Below, in pieces: positions 33,676 to 41,971 of a DNA stretch of 64,000 nt. The stretch is from Candidatus Bathyarchaeota archaeon (lineage in GTDB: Archaea > Thermoproteota > Bathyarchaeia > 40CM-2-53-6), in NCBI GenBank assembly GCA_963833125.1, contig CAWHWX010000028.1, positions 32,001 through 96,000 of the forward strand, given 5' to 3'. The notes under the pieces were generated by a model. That model did not search any database, was not told where the DNA came from, and was given only the letters and a program-made list of their open reading frames with translations. How positions within the stretch are numbered: position 1 is the stretch's first letter; the number at the start of each line of letters is the position of its first letter. The translations under genes were made by a program, and so were the position numbers.

Positions 33676-35814
33676 TTGCCCAAACCGGGAACACGACTCC
33701 AACCACTGAGTGCACTTCCAATCACTTGGTTAAGTAATGGAAGGCTCAAATCTAGTCTCATACTCCGGCATAGCGCTGCAGAGTCAGGAATACCAGAAAT
33801 TCTCGCAGCTCTTACCCAAGAGAAATTTTCTGCGACACACACAAGCACTTCATTCCCGAGTGCTCGTGAACCCGATAAGGGGACATTGACCAAAGCTTCG
33901 GAAGACTACATACGGTGTCTCCTCGCCAAGAGTGTTGCCGCCGCGTTTCAGAAGTCGACCCCCAAGTACCGCAATGAAGCCGCACGAAAACAATTCGTCA
34001 CAAGGATGGTCGAAATCATAGAGGGTTGCCACCTCTCCCAGACGTTCGTCCGGCTTAAGGAAATAGAGGCAACAGCTGAACCTGACCGTGTGTTGACAGG
34101 AGTTCGTAAGGAGATGGAGGGACTTGTCGCGGAGAAGGCGGATCTGGCTGCTGAGCATGAGAGCAACCTGGACGTAGCGCGTCATGAATTCAGGACGTAT
34201 CTTGAAAACCTTCAGGAAGTAATTGGAGTATCATTCGAAAACAGTGAGAGATTCCAAAAGCGTCTCTCGGTTACTTCCTTTTTCCCACCCGGCGTGATTG
34301 AGAATGAGAATACGTGGCGGTGGGGTGCCCAATGGTATCCAGAACTCGGCGTCTTGAACATCTCTCCTCCAATTTTGTTCATAGATACGATCAGGAAAGG
34401 GGTGCTGGCGCGTGAGGCCGCTGTGCTGCTTTCTCCGAGAAACTTGGACACTATGGAGTATGCTCCGCGCATACTCTGCGAGCAGTCTGAGTATTTCGCA
34501 TATAAGATGTTGGACCGTAAAATTGAGAAGGAGTTTTGGACACAGGCTCGACACGGTCTTAGACAGAGTTCGAGAGTGGCTGCAGGTGAACTTGTCGACT
34601 TTTTTGAGTACTACGAAATGATGGTTGGGCCGACGCTATACCACGAGGTGTGGTCAAGGCTACAGGAAGTCGGAAATGCTCGGCTAAGCGTGGCTGATTA
34701 CTACATAATCTTCAGTACTCTCGCAGCTCGTCCGACACGAACGAAGTTCAGCCCTGGCGAAATGCGGCTTTTGAGCCTTCTTTCAAAGAAACCAGACATC
34801 AAACCTGGAGAGGTTGCCCGCACACTGCACATCAGCATCCCTACAATAATGAAGACGATTCATGACCTCACAACGGCGGCAGGTCTCAGATTTACCGTGA
34901 TCGCCGACATGCACAAGGTCGGCTTTGTCGAATACCTGCTTCTGATGAGCACATCAAAGCAGGCTAAGGTGATCAACATTTTTTCACGTTTTCCATATTG
35001 TAGGCAAGTGTTTCGGACATACGGTTCGTACGATCTCTTCACAGTTCTTGACATTCCCTTTGAACATCCGGATTTCGTCAAGGCTTTCGTTCAAAAGATG
35101 GTCGACCGCAATATCGTCACCAGATATCGTCTTCTTGAACTTGAGCGGGACTTTCAGTCGGTGAATTTTGATCGATATGATGCAGAGGCTGGGCGTTGGA
35201 ACGTTCATTGGGATACCTGGGGCGTCGCTTTGCGAGAGAGCCTAGCGAAAGGCGATTCGGTTGTGATGGATTCGAATAAAAGCGAGGCACGATTCCGATT
35301 TGACAAATTGGATCTGAGGATTCTATCAGTATTGCAGAATAATTGCCGGATGCCATTTTCTGCTGTAGGGCGCGCGGTGGGTGTCTCCGGAGCGTACGTA
35401 GGTAAGAAGATCGAACGAATGATTCGTAATGGCGTTTTCCGATACGCGGTATGGCCATTGAAGATCGGGGCTGAAGACTGGGGAATCATTAGCCTCTCAT
35501 GCTCAAGAAATGTGGCAGGTATCTTGGCACAATATCTATCCCATTTACCTGCCTGGAGGGGCGGCCTCGTTAGAGGTGATTTCGACGGTATATTGGCAAT
35601 GGTATGGTCTCCGAGCGGAGAGATGAAACAGCTCTTCAAGGCTGTGGACGACAGACTCGTTCGGAATGGTTACGCGGAAGCTGAATGTTTGAACGCTGTT
35701 GGAGAATGGGTGATCGCTCGATGGCTTCCTGTTGAAGCACACCCATGGGACCTAAGCGCCGAGGATGGGAAATGGATCTTTGACGAGAAACGTTACCTTG
35801 CGCTCGCGGAATAA
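33676..35814 (+). CDS. large regulator with two wHTH/Lrp-AsnC-like modules and an unknown N-terminal domain (start uncertain: 33628, 33676 or 33886)
   Basis: 'EMRLLSLL..PGEVARTLHISIPT' and 'DKLDLRILSVLQNNCRMPFSAVGRAVGVS'; SD GGAGGTG before TTG 33676. Confidence 0.8.
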   Translation: MPKPGTRLQPLSALPITWLSNGRLKSSLILRHSAAESGIPEILAALTQEKFSATHTSTSFPSAREPDKGTLTKASEDYIRCLLAKSVAAAFQKSTPKYRNEAARKQFVTRMVEIIEGCHLSQTFVRLKEIEATAEPDRVLTGVRKEMEGLVAEKADLAAEHESNLDVARHEFRTYLENLQEVIGVSFENSERFQKRLSVTSFFPPGVIENENTWRWGAQWYPELGVLNISPPILFIDTIRKGVLAREAAVLLSPRNLDTMEYAPRILCEQSEYFAYKMLDRKIEKEFWTQARHGLRQSSRVAAGELVDFFEYYEMMVGPTLYHEVWSRLQEVGNARLSVADYYIIFSTLAARPTRTKFSPGEMRLLSLLSKKPDIKPGEVARTLHISIPTIMKTIHDLTTAAGLRFTVIADMHKVGFVEYLLLMSTSKQAKVINIFSRFPYCRQVFRTYGSYDLFTVLDIPFEHPDFVKAFVQKMVDRNIVTRYRLLELERDFQSVNFDRYDAEAGRWNVHWDTWGVALRESLAKGDSVVMDSNKSEARFRFDKLDLRILSVLQNNCRMPFSAVGRAVGVSGAYVGKKIERMIRNGVFRYAVWPLKIGAEDWGIISLSCSRNVAGILAQYLSHLPAWRGGLVRGDFDGILAMVWSPSGEMKQLFKAVDDRLVRNGYAEAECLNAVGEWVIARWLPVEAHPWDLSAEDGKWIFDEKRYLALAE

Positions 35815-35820
35815 TTAACA

Positions 35821-35854
35821 GAAAAAGAAGAGACTGAGGCCGTTCGGGGCCTCA
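35821..35854 (-). terminator. hairpin plus pyrimidine/U tract terminating the micro-ORF
   Basis: Minus strand TGAGGCC-ccgaac-GGCCTCA then GTCTCTTCTTTTTC. Confidence 0.6.
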
Positions 35855-35864
35855 AGTTCGACGC

Positions 35865-35915
35865 TTACCAGGGACGCGGAGGATCCCAGAATCCTATTTC
35901 GTCTTTATCTTCCAT
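35865..35915 (-). CDS. 16-aa micro-peptide MEDKDEIGFWDPPRPW
   Basis: ATG..TAA ORF, AGGAG SD 9 nt upstream, BRE/TATA-like element upstream, terminator downstream. Confidence 0.55.
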   Translation of the reverse strand: MEDKDEIGFWDPPRPW

Positions 35916-35926
35916 TTGCAAACGCT

Positions 35927-35967
35927 CCTGAGACCGTCTCAGGTTGAACGCCTCTTAACGCTTTTCG
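35927..35967 (-). promoter_or_regulatory. BRE/TATA-like promoter with a 17-bp palindrome at the predicted start site
   Basis: Minus strand CGAAAAGCGTTAAG (35954-35967); CCTGAGAC-C-GTCTCAGG (35927-35943). Confidence 0.45.
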
Positions 35968-36035
35968 AAGACTGTGATCCTGAGAGGGAAGTTAGTTAGT
36001 AGATTTCCAGAATAAGGAGAAAATTAGGAGGTTTT

Positions 36036-37028
36036 CTAAACAACATGGAACGCTGCACCAGTTTGCTTCTTGCCTTGTGCAAGCATCCGCCCTGCAGTAT
36101 ACGGGTCTAGCTTTCGTGCTTTCACTCGAGTGAATAGCTTAGTGAATTCCTTTGATGATGCAAGCTCCTGCAACATGATATCCTCAAAATACCGTTTAGT
36201 TGCGTTCAAAATTTCTGAACGCAATATGTCGCTATCTACTAGCTTCAGATGGCCTAACTTGCGAATATTTTGCGCGTGTTGATTTATTGCTTCAGCAAGG
36301 GCAGTTATTCCATCACCTGTAGTCGCGATGGTTTTGATGACTCGCGGGCGCCATCCATGTACGGTTTCGGTCATAGTAATCGTTGAGAACAATTCCTGAG
36401 CAGTCTGATCGGCATCCCCTCTATCCGATTTATTCACCACAAAGATGTCTGCAATCTCCATGATCCCGGCCTTCAACGCTTGAATCTCATCGCCCAAGCC
36501 TGGCGCCGTAACAACAACGGTCGTGTCCACTAAGTCCTTCACGTTAACATCGGATTGGCCTGCTCCAGCGGTCTCTACCAACACGTGGTCCATTGACGTC
36601 GCATCAAGAATTTGAACGGCGTCTTGTGTTGCCTGTGCAACTCCACCAAAATGGCCTCGTGTCGCCATGCTTCGAATGAATACCTTTGGATCTGCAGCAA
36701 TTTCGCTCATTCGTATTCGGTCGCCGAGTAACGCTCCTCCTGAAATCTGACTAGAAGGATCAATGGCGACTATTCCCACCGTTTGGCCTGCGTTGCGGTA
36801 ATGTTTAGTGAGTTGGGCGATCAAGGTACTCTTTCCGCAGCCCGGAGGCCCCGTAATGCCTACGACGTCGGCCTTTCCCGCAAGCCAATAGAGTTTCGTG
36901 AGAATTGCAATCCGAGAGCGCGGATCATTCTCCGCCACTGATATAAGTTGTGAAATTGCTCTCCGGTCGTGTTTCAAGGCTTTCTGGAACAAGGCGTTTA
37001 GTTTTACTCTCTCTCGCCTTTTCCTCAT
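36036..37028 (-). CDS. meaB: methylmalonyl-CoA mutase-associated GTPase MeaB
   Basis: 'GITGPPGCGKST', 'DPSS..GGALLGDRIRM', 'VVNKSD'. Confidence 0.95.
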   Translation of the reverse strand: MRKRRERVKLNALFQKALKHDRRAISQLISVAENDPRSRIAILTKLYWLAGKADVVGITGPPGCGKSTLIAQLTKHYRNAGQTVGIVAIDPSSQISGGALLGDRIRMSEIAADPKVFIRSMATRGHFGGVAQATQDAVQILDATSMDHVLVETAGAGQSDVNVKDLVDTTVVVTAPGLGDEIQALKAGIMEIADIFVVNKSDRGDADQTAQELFSTITMTETVHGWRPRVIKTIATTGDGITALAEAINQHAQNIRKLGHLKLVDSDILRSEILNATKRYFEDIMLQELASSKEFTKLFTRVKARKLDPYTAGRMLAQGKKQTGAAFHVV

Positions 37029-37052
37029 TTTCCTACGGAACTCCTCTGTCTT

Positions 37053-38639
37053 CTAGATGATGGTCTTCGGATGAAACTCGCCATATGCTTCTCTAACGAT
37101 GTCGCTTATTTCGCCAGTTGTGGCGCGTTCTTTTACGGCAGCGATGATAAGGGGGATTACATTTTCCGTTCCGGATAGAGCCGTTTCTAGCTTCCTCAGT
37201 CTTCGATCGACGCGAAGCTTGCTTCGTCTTCTCTTGAAGGCCTTTGTGGTCGAAATTTGTTTATTTACCGACTTCGCGTCGATTCTGTGGATTTTTAGTC
37301 GATAAGGCTTGGGGTCTTTGAGAACATTGACGCCCACAGTTTTCTTCATTCCATTTTCGATGTCCATCTGTTGCTTGAAGGCGCTTTCTCGAATCTGGGC
37401 TTGGATGTATCCTTTCTGAATCGCCTTTACGGAGCCCCCCATTTTGTCCACCGCCTCTATTTCGTTGAGAACACCCTTCTCGATATCACGAGTGAGGCTT
37501 TCCAGATAGTAGCTTCCACCCAGTGGGTCAACTGTGTGAGTGACCCCGCTCTCGTAAGCTATGATTTGTTGCGTGCGAAGTGCGACTTTTACGGCCTCCT
37601 CGGTGGGCAGTGATAGTGCTTCATCCATGGAGTTCGTGTGAAGCGATTGTGTTCCGCCGAGGACTGCGGCTAGAGCCTGTAGAGTAACGCGAACGATGTT
37701 GTTGAGTGGTTGTTGAGCAGTCAGAGTCTCGCCACTGGTTTGGGTGTGAAAGCGAAGTTTCAAAGACTCAGGATTCTTAGCGTGAAATTGCTCTTTCATC
37801 ATGTTTGCCCACAGGCGGCGGGCAGCTCGAAACTTAGCGATCTCCTCGATGAAGTCGTTGTGAGAGGCAAAGAAGAATGATAGGTGCGGTGCAAACGAGT
37901 CAACGTCTAGGCCGTGTTCCAAGCCTGCTTTGAGGTACTCTTTTGCATTCGCGAAAGCATATGCTAACTCTTGAATTGCGGTTGCCCCTGATTCCCTGAT
38001 GTGATATCCGCTTATGCTGATCGGGTGCCATAATGGCATTTTCTGCGCGCAGTACTCGATTAGGTCGATCGCGAGGCGAAGCGATTGTTCGGGTGGGAAG
38101 ATGTAGGTGTTTCTTGCAATGTATTCTTTCAGAATATCATTTTGTGTAGTTCCCCGTAACTGGTCGAGTGGCACTCTTTGGATTTCCCCCACGGTTACGT
38201 ACATGGCCAGCATGATTGCTGCCGTTGCGTTGATGGTCATTGAAGTGCTGACGGTACGGAGGTCGATGCCGTGAACCAGGGCTCGCATATTCTCGATCGT
38301 GCTGATCGGTACTCCAACCCGTCCCACCTCACCTTCGGCCCGTGTGCTGTCTGAGTCATATCCAAGCTGAGTGGGGAGGTCGAACGCGACGCTGAGACCG
38401 GTTTGTCCCTGGGATATCAGATACTTGAACCGTTCATTCGTCGCTGCAGCGCTTCCGAATCCGGAGTACTGACGCATCGTCCAGAGCCGCCCACGATACA
38501 TAGTTGGGTATATGCCCCGGGTGAAAGGGAATTCGCCTGGTTCACCGAGTCGGTCCCCAACACCAGACTGAAATGCGTCCGAAGCGTGATAAACGGTGCG
38601 AACCGGGATACCTGAACTTGTTGCTCGTTCTGAACTCAA
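37053..38639 (-). CDS. methylmalonyl-CoA mutase large (substrate-binding) subunit
   Basis: 'WTMRQYSGFG' (Tyr), 'QNDILKEYIARNTY' (Arg), 'QSLHTN'. Confidence 0.92.
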   Translation of the reverse strand: MSSERATSSGIPVRTVYHASDAFQSGVGDRLGEPGEFPFTRGIYPTMYRGRLWTMRQYSGFGSAAATNERFKYLISQGQTGLSVAFDLPTQLGYDSDSTRAEGEVGRVGVPISTIENMRALVHGIDLRTVSTSMTINATAAIMLAMYVTVGEIQRVPLDQLRGTTQNDILKEYIARNTYIFPPEQSLRLAIDLIEYCAQKMPLWHPISISGYHIRESGATAIQELAYAFANAKEYLKAGLEHGLDVDSFAPHLSFFFASHNDFIEEIAKFRAARRLWANMMKEQFHAKNPESLKLRFHTQTSGETLTAQQPLNNIVRVTLQALAAVLGGTQSLHTNSMDEALSLPTEEAVKVALRTQQIIAYESGVTHTVDPLGGSYYLESLTRDIEKGVLNEIEAVDKMGGSVKAIQKGYIQAQIRESAFKQQMDIENGMKKTVGVNVLKDPKPYRLKIHRIDAKSVNKQISTTKAFKRRRSKLRVDRRLRKLETALSGTENVIPLIIAAVKERATTGEISDIVREAYGEFHPKTII

Positions 38640-38755
38640 TTCGAGTTACTTCCACTATGAGATCTCATATCGCTAGATAGCAAAATAACCATTCACCCAC
38701 CCAAAAGATGATAAACGCCGCTTCGGTGAAACCTTTCCAGCTCTAAATGTGACAT

Positions 38756-40516
38756 ATGATGCCACAAAAGGGAAAGAATTACTGGAGAACCAAGGCAGAG
38801 CAACTCTCGGACAAGCGGAAGAAGCCTGGAACCCTTTTCGGAAACAAGGCGAGACGGAAAGTCGCGTTGCTACAGCGAAAATGGGAAAGAGACACCCTCA
38901 AACCATGGGCGAGTAAATCACCTCAACGAAAAGACCGTTTTGAGAATCCCTCAGGAGTCATGTTAAACCCCGTTTACACACCGTTAGATGTCGCGCATCA
39001 TGAATACGAGAAGGAAGCCGCGATGCCTGGCGAGTTTCCATATACTCGCGGAATCTATCCAAACATGTACAGAGGCCGCCTTTGGACGATGCGAATGTTC
39101 TCTGGCTACGGGACGCCCGAGGACACTAACTCACGGTTAAAGTACCTTCTCAAGGAGGGTGAAACCGGACTGAGCATTGCTTTCGATATGCCCACGTTGT
39201 ATGGTGTTGATGCCGACAATCCTAGATCTGAAGGCGAGGTTGGGAAATGCGGTGTTTCGGTTTCCTCGCTTAGAGACATGGAAGTTATTCTAGATGGTAT
39301 ACCTCTTGACGAAGTAAGCACGTCGATGACTATCAACGCCCCAGCTTCCGTCCTAACGTGTATGTACCTGGCAACGGCTGAGAGGCGTGGGCTGTCGCTC
39401 TCGAAGCTTCGTGGGACAGTTCAGACTGATATTTTGAAGGAGTACGCCGCCCAGAAGGAATGGGTTTACCCACCCGAAGCTCATCTTCGAATAATCCGGG
39501 ATATGATGGTCTATTCGACCAAGCATTTGCCCCAATGGAATTACGTTAGTATCAGCGGCTACCACATTCGCGAAGCAGGATCCAGTGCTCTCCAGGAACT
39601 TGCCTTCACCCTGGCTGATGGTTTCGCCTACATGGATTTGGGACTGAAAGCAGGCTTAAGAGTGGACGACTTTGCTCCTCGGCTCTCATTCTTCTTCAAT
39701 TGCGGTATGGACTTCTTTGAGGAGATAGCTAAATTCCACGCGGCTCGGAGGATCTGGGCTAGAGTGGTTAAGGACAAGTACCATGCGAGAAATCCGAGAT
39801 CAATGCTGATGAGATTCCATACCCAAACTTCGGGCGTCTCGCTAACTTGGCAGCAGCCTTTACACAACATAGTTAGGACGACGGTCGAAGCTTTAGCCGC
39901 AATTCTGGGCGGGACTCAATCATTACACACAAACGCTTACGATGAAGCGTGGGCCCTGCCCACGGAACAAGCGGCGTTGATAGCGTTAAGAACTCAGCAG
40001 ATGATCGCCGAGGAGACCGGAGTCGGTGATGTAGTTGACCCTCTGGGCGGATCATACTACGTTGAATGGCTTACAGATGAAATGGAACAGAGAACATACG
40101 AGTATCTCGCAAGAATAGAAGACCTCGGCGGTGTATTAGCAGCCATCAAGAAAGGGTTCATTCAAAGGGAAATCGCCGATACTTCATACAGATATCAAAG
40201 AGAGATGGAGGAAAAATCAAGGATTATGGTTGGGGTAAATGCCTACACAATGAAAGAAGCGTCTCCAATTAAGACGCTAAGAATCAACGAAAGTTCGAGG
40301 AACAAACAGATTGAACGACTTCGTGAAGTAAAGAAAATGCGAGATAATGTATCAGTGCAAAAGGCCTTAGGACAGCTTCGCAAATCTTTCGACGATTCTG
40401 AATCGAACTGTATTTACCCAATGCTCAAGGCAGTCAAATCCTATGCAACACTTGGAGAGATCGTTGACGTGGGCAGAGAGGTATTCGGAGAATGGAAGGA
40501 GCCATCGATACTATAG
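38756..40516 (+). CDS. acyl-CoA mutase large subunit, isobutyryl-CoA mutase (IcmA)-like
   Basis: 'WTMRMFSGYG' (Phe), 'QTDILKEYAAQKEW' (Gln). Confidence 0.88.
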   Translation: MMPQKGKNYWRTKAEQLSDKRKKPGTLFGNKARRKVALLQRKWERDTLKPWASKSPQRKDRFENPSGVMLNPVYTPLDVAHHEYEKEAAMPGEFPYTRGIYPNMYRGRLWTMRMFSGYGTPEDTNSRLKYLLKEGETGLSIAFDMPTLYGVDADNPRSEGEVGKCGVSVSSLRDMEVILDGIPLDEVSTSMTINAPASVLTCMYLATAERRGLSLSKLRGTVQTDILKEYAAQKEWVYPPEAHLRIIRDMMVYSTKHLPQWNYVSISGYHIREAGSSALQELAFTLADGFAYMDLGLKAGLRVDDFAPRLSFFFNCGMDFFEEIAKFHAARRIWARVVKDKYHARNPRSMLMRFHTQTSGVSLTWQQPLHNIVRTTVEALAAILGGTQSLHTNAYDEAWALPTEQAALIALRTQQMIAEETGVGDVVDPLGGSYYVEWLTDEMEQRTYEYLARIEDLGGVLAAIKKGFIQREIADTSYRYQREMEEKSRIMVGVNAYTMKEASPIKTLRINESSRNKQIERLREVKKMRDNVSVQKALGQLRKSFDDSESNCIYPMLKAVKSYATLGEIVDVGREVFGEWKEPSIL

Positions 40517-40545
40517 ACGGGGGTGGAATCATATCCAGAGCGAAG

Positions 40546-40985
40546 ATGATGACCAAGACTCAGGAGAGGAAGATTAGGATCCTAGTCGCTAAGCCCGGGC
40601 TTGCGTAAAGATACGGCCAAACGGGCACGACCGTGGCGCCCTCGTCCTCTGCAGAGCTCTTAGGGATGCCGGCATGGAGGTGATATACGCTGGGCTTCTA
40701 GCAAGCCCAGAACAAGTGGCACAAATGGCTATAGACGAAGACGTAGACGTCGTCGCGCTAAGCCTTCTCAATGGAGCCCACATGACAGCATTTCCGAAGG
40801 TCGCGAAAGCGTTAAGGGTGAAGCATGCGGGCGACATTCTGCTAGTGGGGGGTGGAATTATCCCCGATGAGGATAAACCGAAACTGGAGAAGCTTGGCAT
40901 TACTGGAAACTTCGGACCGGGGACATCTCTCAAAGTGATCGTGGATCACATAGTTTCCCGCGTGCAGAAAGAACGCTGGAAATAG
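40546..40985 (+). CDS. cobalamin-binding small subunit of acyl-CoA mutase; exons 40546-40603 and 40621-40985 (140 aa spliced)
   Basis: Spliced product [42 protein letters not shown]...SLLNGAH..VGGGIIP with the DxHxxG motif restored. Confidence 0.9.
40604..40620 (+). other. 17-nt bulge-helix-bulge (tRNA-type) intron in a protein-coding gene
   Basis: CGTAAAGATACGGCCAA; canonical BHB fold, cut sites coincide with the boundaries that restore the frame. Confidence 0.85.
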
Positions 40986-41006
40986 ATCCAAGCAGTTTGA
41001 GGTCGT

Positions 41007-41444
41007 TCAGTTTATTTTCTCAAAATATTCTATGTCGAGAATAGAGCCAATGCGCTTCGATTTTTCTTTAAAGACGACACGAACCTTATCCCCGACCGAA
41101 ACTTCACCCTTCACTTTGTGGATTAACCCGCCATGAGCTGATGGGAACCTAACAAAGGCCACTGTTGTAGGTTGAGGTAATTCTTTTCCCTCCGAGTCCT
41201 GTCTGCAAACAGTGAAGGAATCAACCGTGCCAGTGTTCTCTATTGTCAAATACTCTTCGAGGCTTGACATGCAACGTTCGCAGTAGATTCTCGGAGGAAG
41301 GTAGTTCAAGTCGCACGTAGGACATCTTGTCGCAACCAGGCGGCCGTTATCCTTGATCTCGCGCAGAAACCTCTCGCCTGCCAATCCTACAGTGTAACGG
41401 AAATGTATTGGGAAATCTCCTTCGACTTTTAGTTCAGAGCTCAT
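41007..41444 (-). CDS. DUF35 Zn-ribbon/OB-fold protein
   Basis: 'CPTC...PPRIYCERC', 'GTVDSFT'. Confidence 0.9.
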   Translation of the reverse strand: MSSELKVEGDFPIHFRYTVGLAGERFLREIKDNGRLVATRCPTCDLNYLPPRIYCERCMSSLEEYLTIENTGTVDSFTVCRQDSEGKELPQPTTVAFVRFPSAHGGLIHKVKGEVSVGDKVRVVFKEKSKRIGSILDIEYFEKIN

Positions 41445-41449
41445 CTACA

Positions 41450-41959
41450 TCACTTTAGTTGTGTGAAATATTTGATGTCGGTGATCGCGCCTTTTCTTTG
41501 GGATGGCTCAAGCCAGACCGCTCTTACGCGCATGTCTATTCTAACGTTCTCAGGTTTTACTCCGCCTATGAGATGAAGGAAACCAGCGTTTGTCGTGGAG
41601 TCTATTCCGATGACCGCTGGAATGATGGGTGTCTTCACACGTGTAGTGTCTGCTGTAATGTAAGAGATAGAGAATGTGTTTACTATTCCTGTGTCTGGTA
41701 GCTTTATCCAAGAATCCGTTTTCTTGAAGCACCATTCACAGAATATTCGAGGTGGAACTACTATTCGTCCACAATGCTCGCATTTAGTGCCCAGAATCTC
41801 GCCCGCCTTAAGTCCTTTCAGAAATTGACCTATGGCGATTCCCGTTGCCCATGCGTATTTGACCTTAGGCTGATACGCTACGGTGAGGACTTTCTTGCGC
41901 TCGAAATCGTCGTCCTTCAATGCCGTGCCCAAAGGCTGAGTTACTTGTTTCTTACTCAA
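41450..41959 (-). CDS. DUF35 Zn-ribbon/OB-fold protein
   Basis: 'CEHC..VPPRIFCEWC', 'RKGAITDIKYF'. Confidence 0.9.
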   Translation of the reverse strand: MSKKQVTQPLGTALKDDDFERKKVLTVAYQPKVKYAWATGIAIGQFLKGLKAGEILGTKCEHCGRIVVPPRIFCEWCFKKTDSWIKLPDTGIVNTFSISYITADTTRVKTPIIPAVIGIDSTTNAGFLHLIGGVKPENVRIDMRVRAVWLEPSQRKGAITDIKYFTQLK

Positions 41960-41971
41960 CGCAAATCATCT

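Noticed and set aside
40674-40985. 103-aa ORF as the complete B12-binding subunit
   Set aside because: It lacks the DxHxxG motif, which is encoded upstream across the intron.
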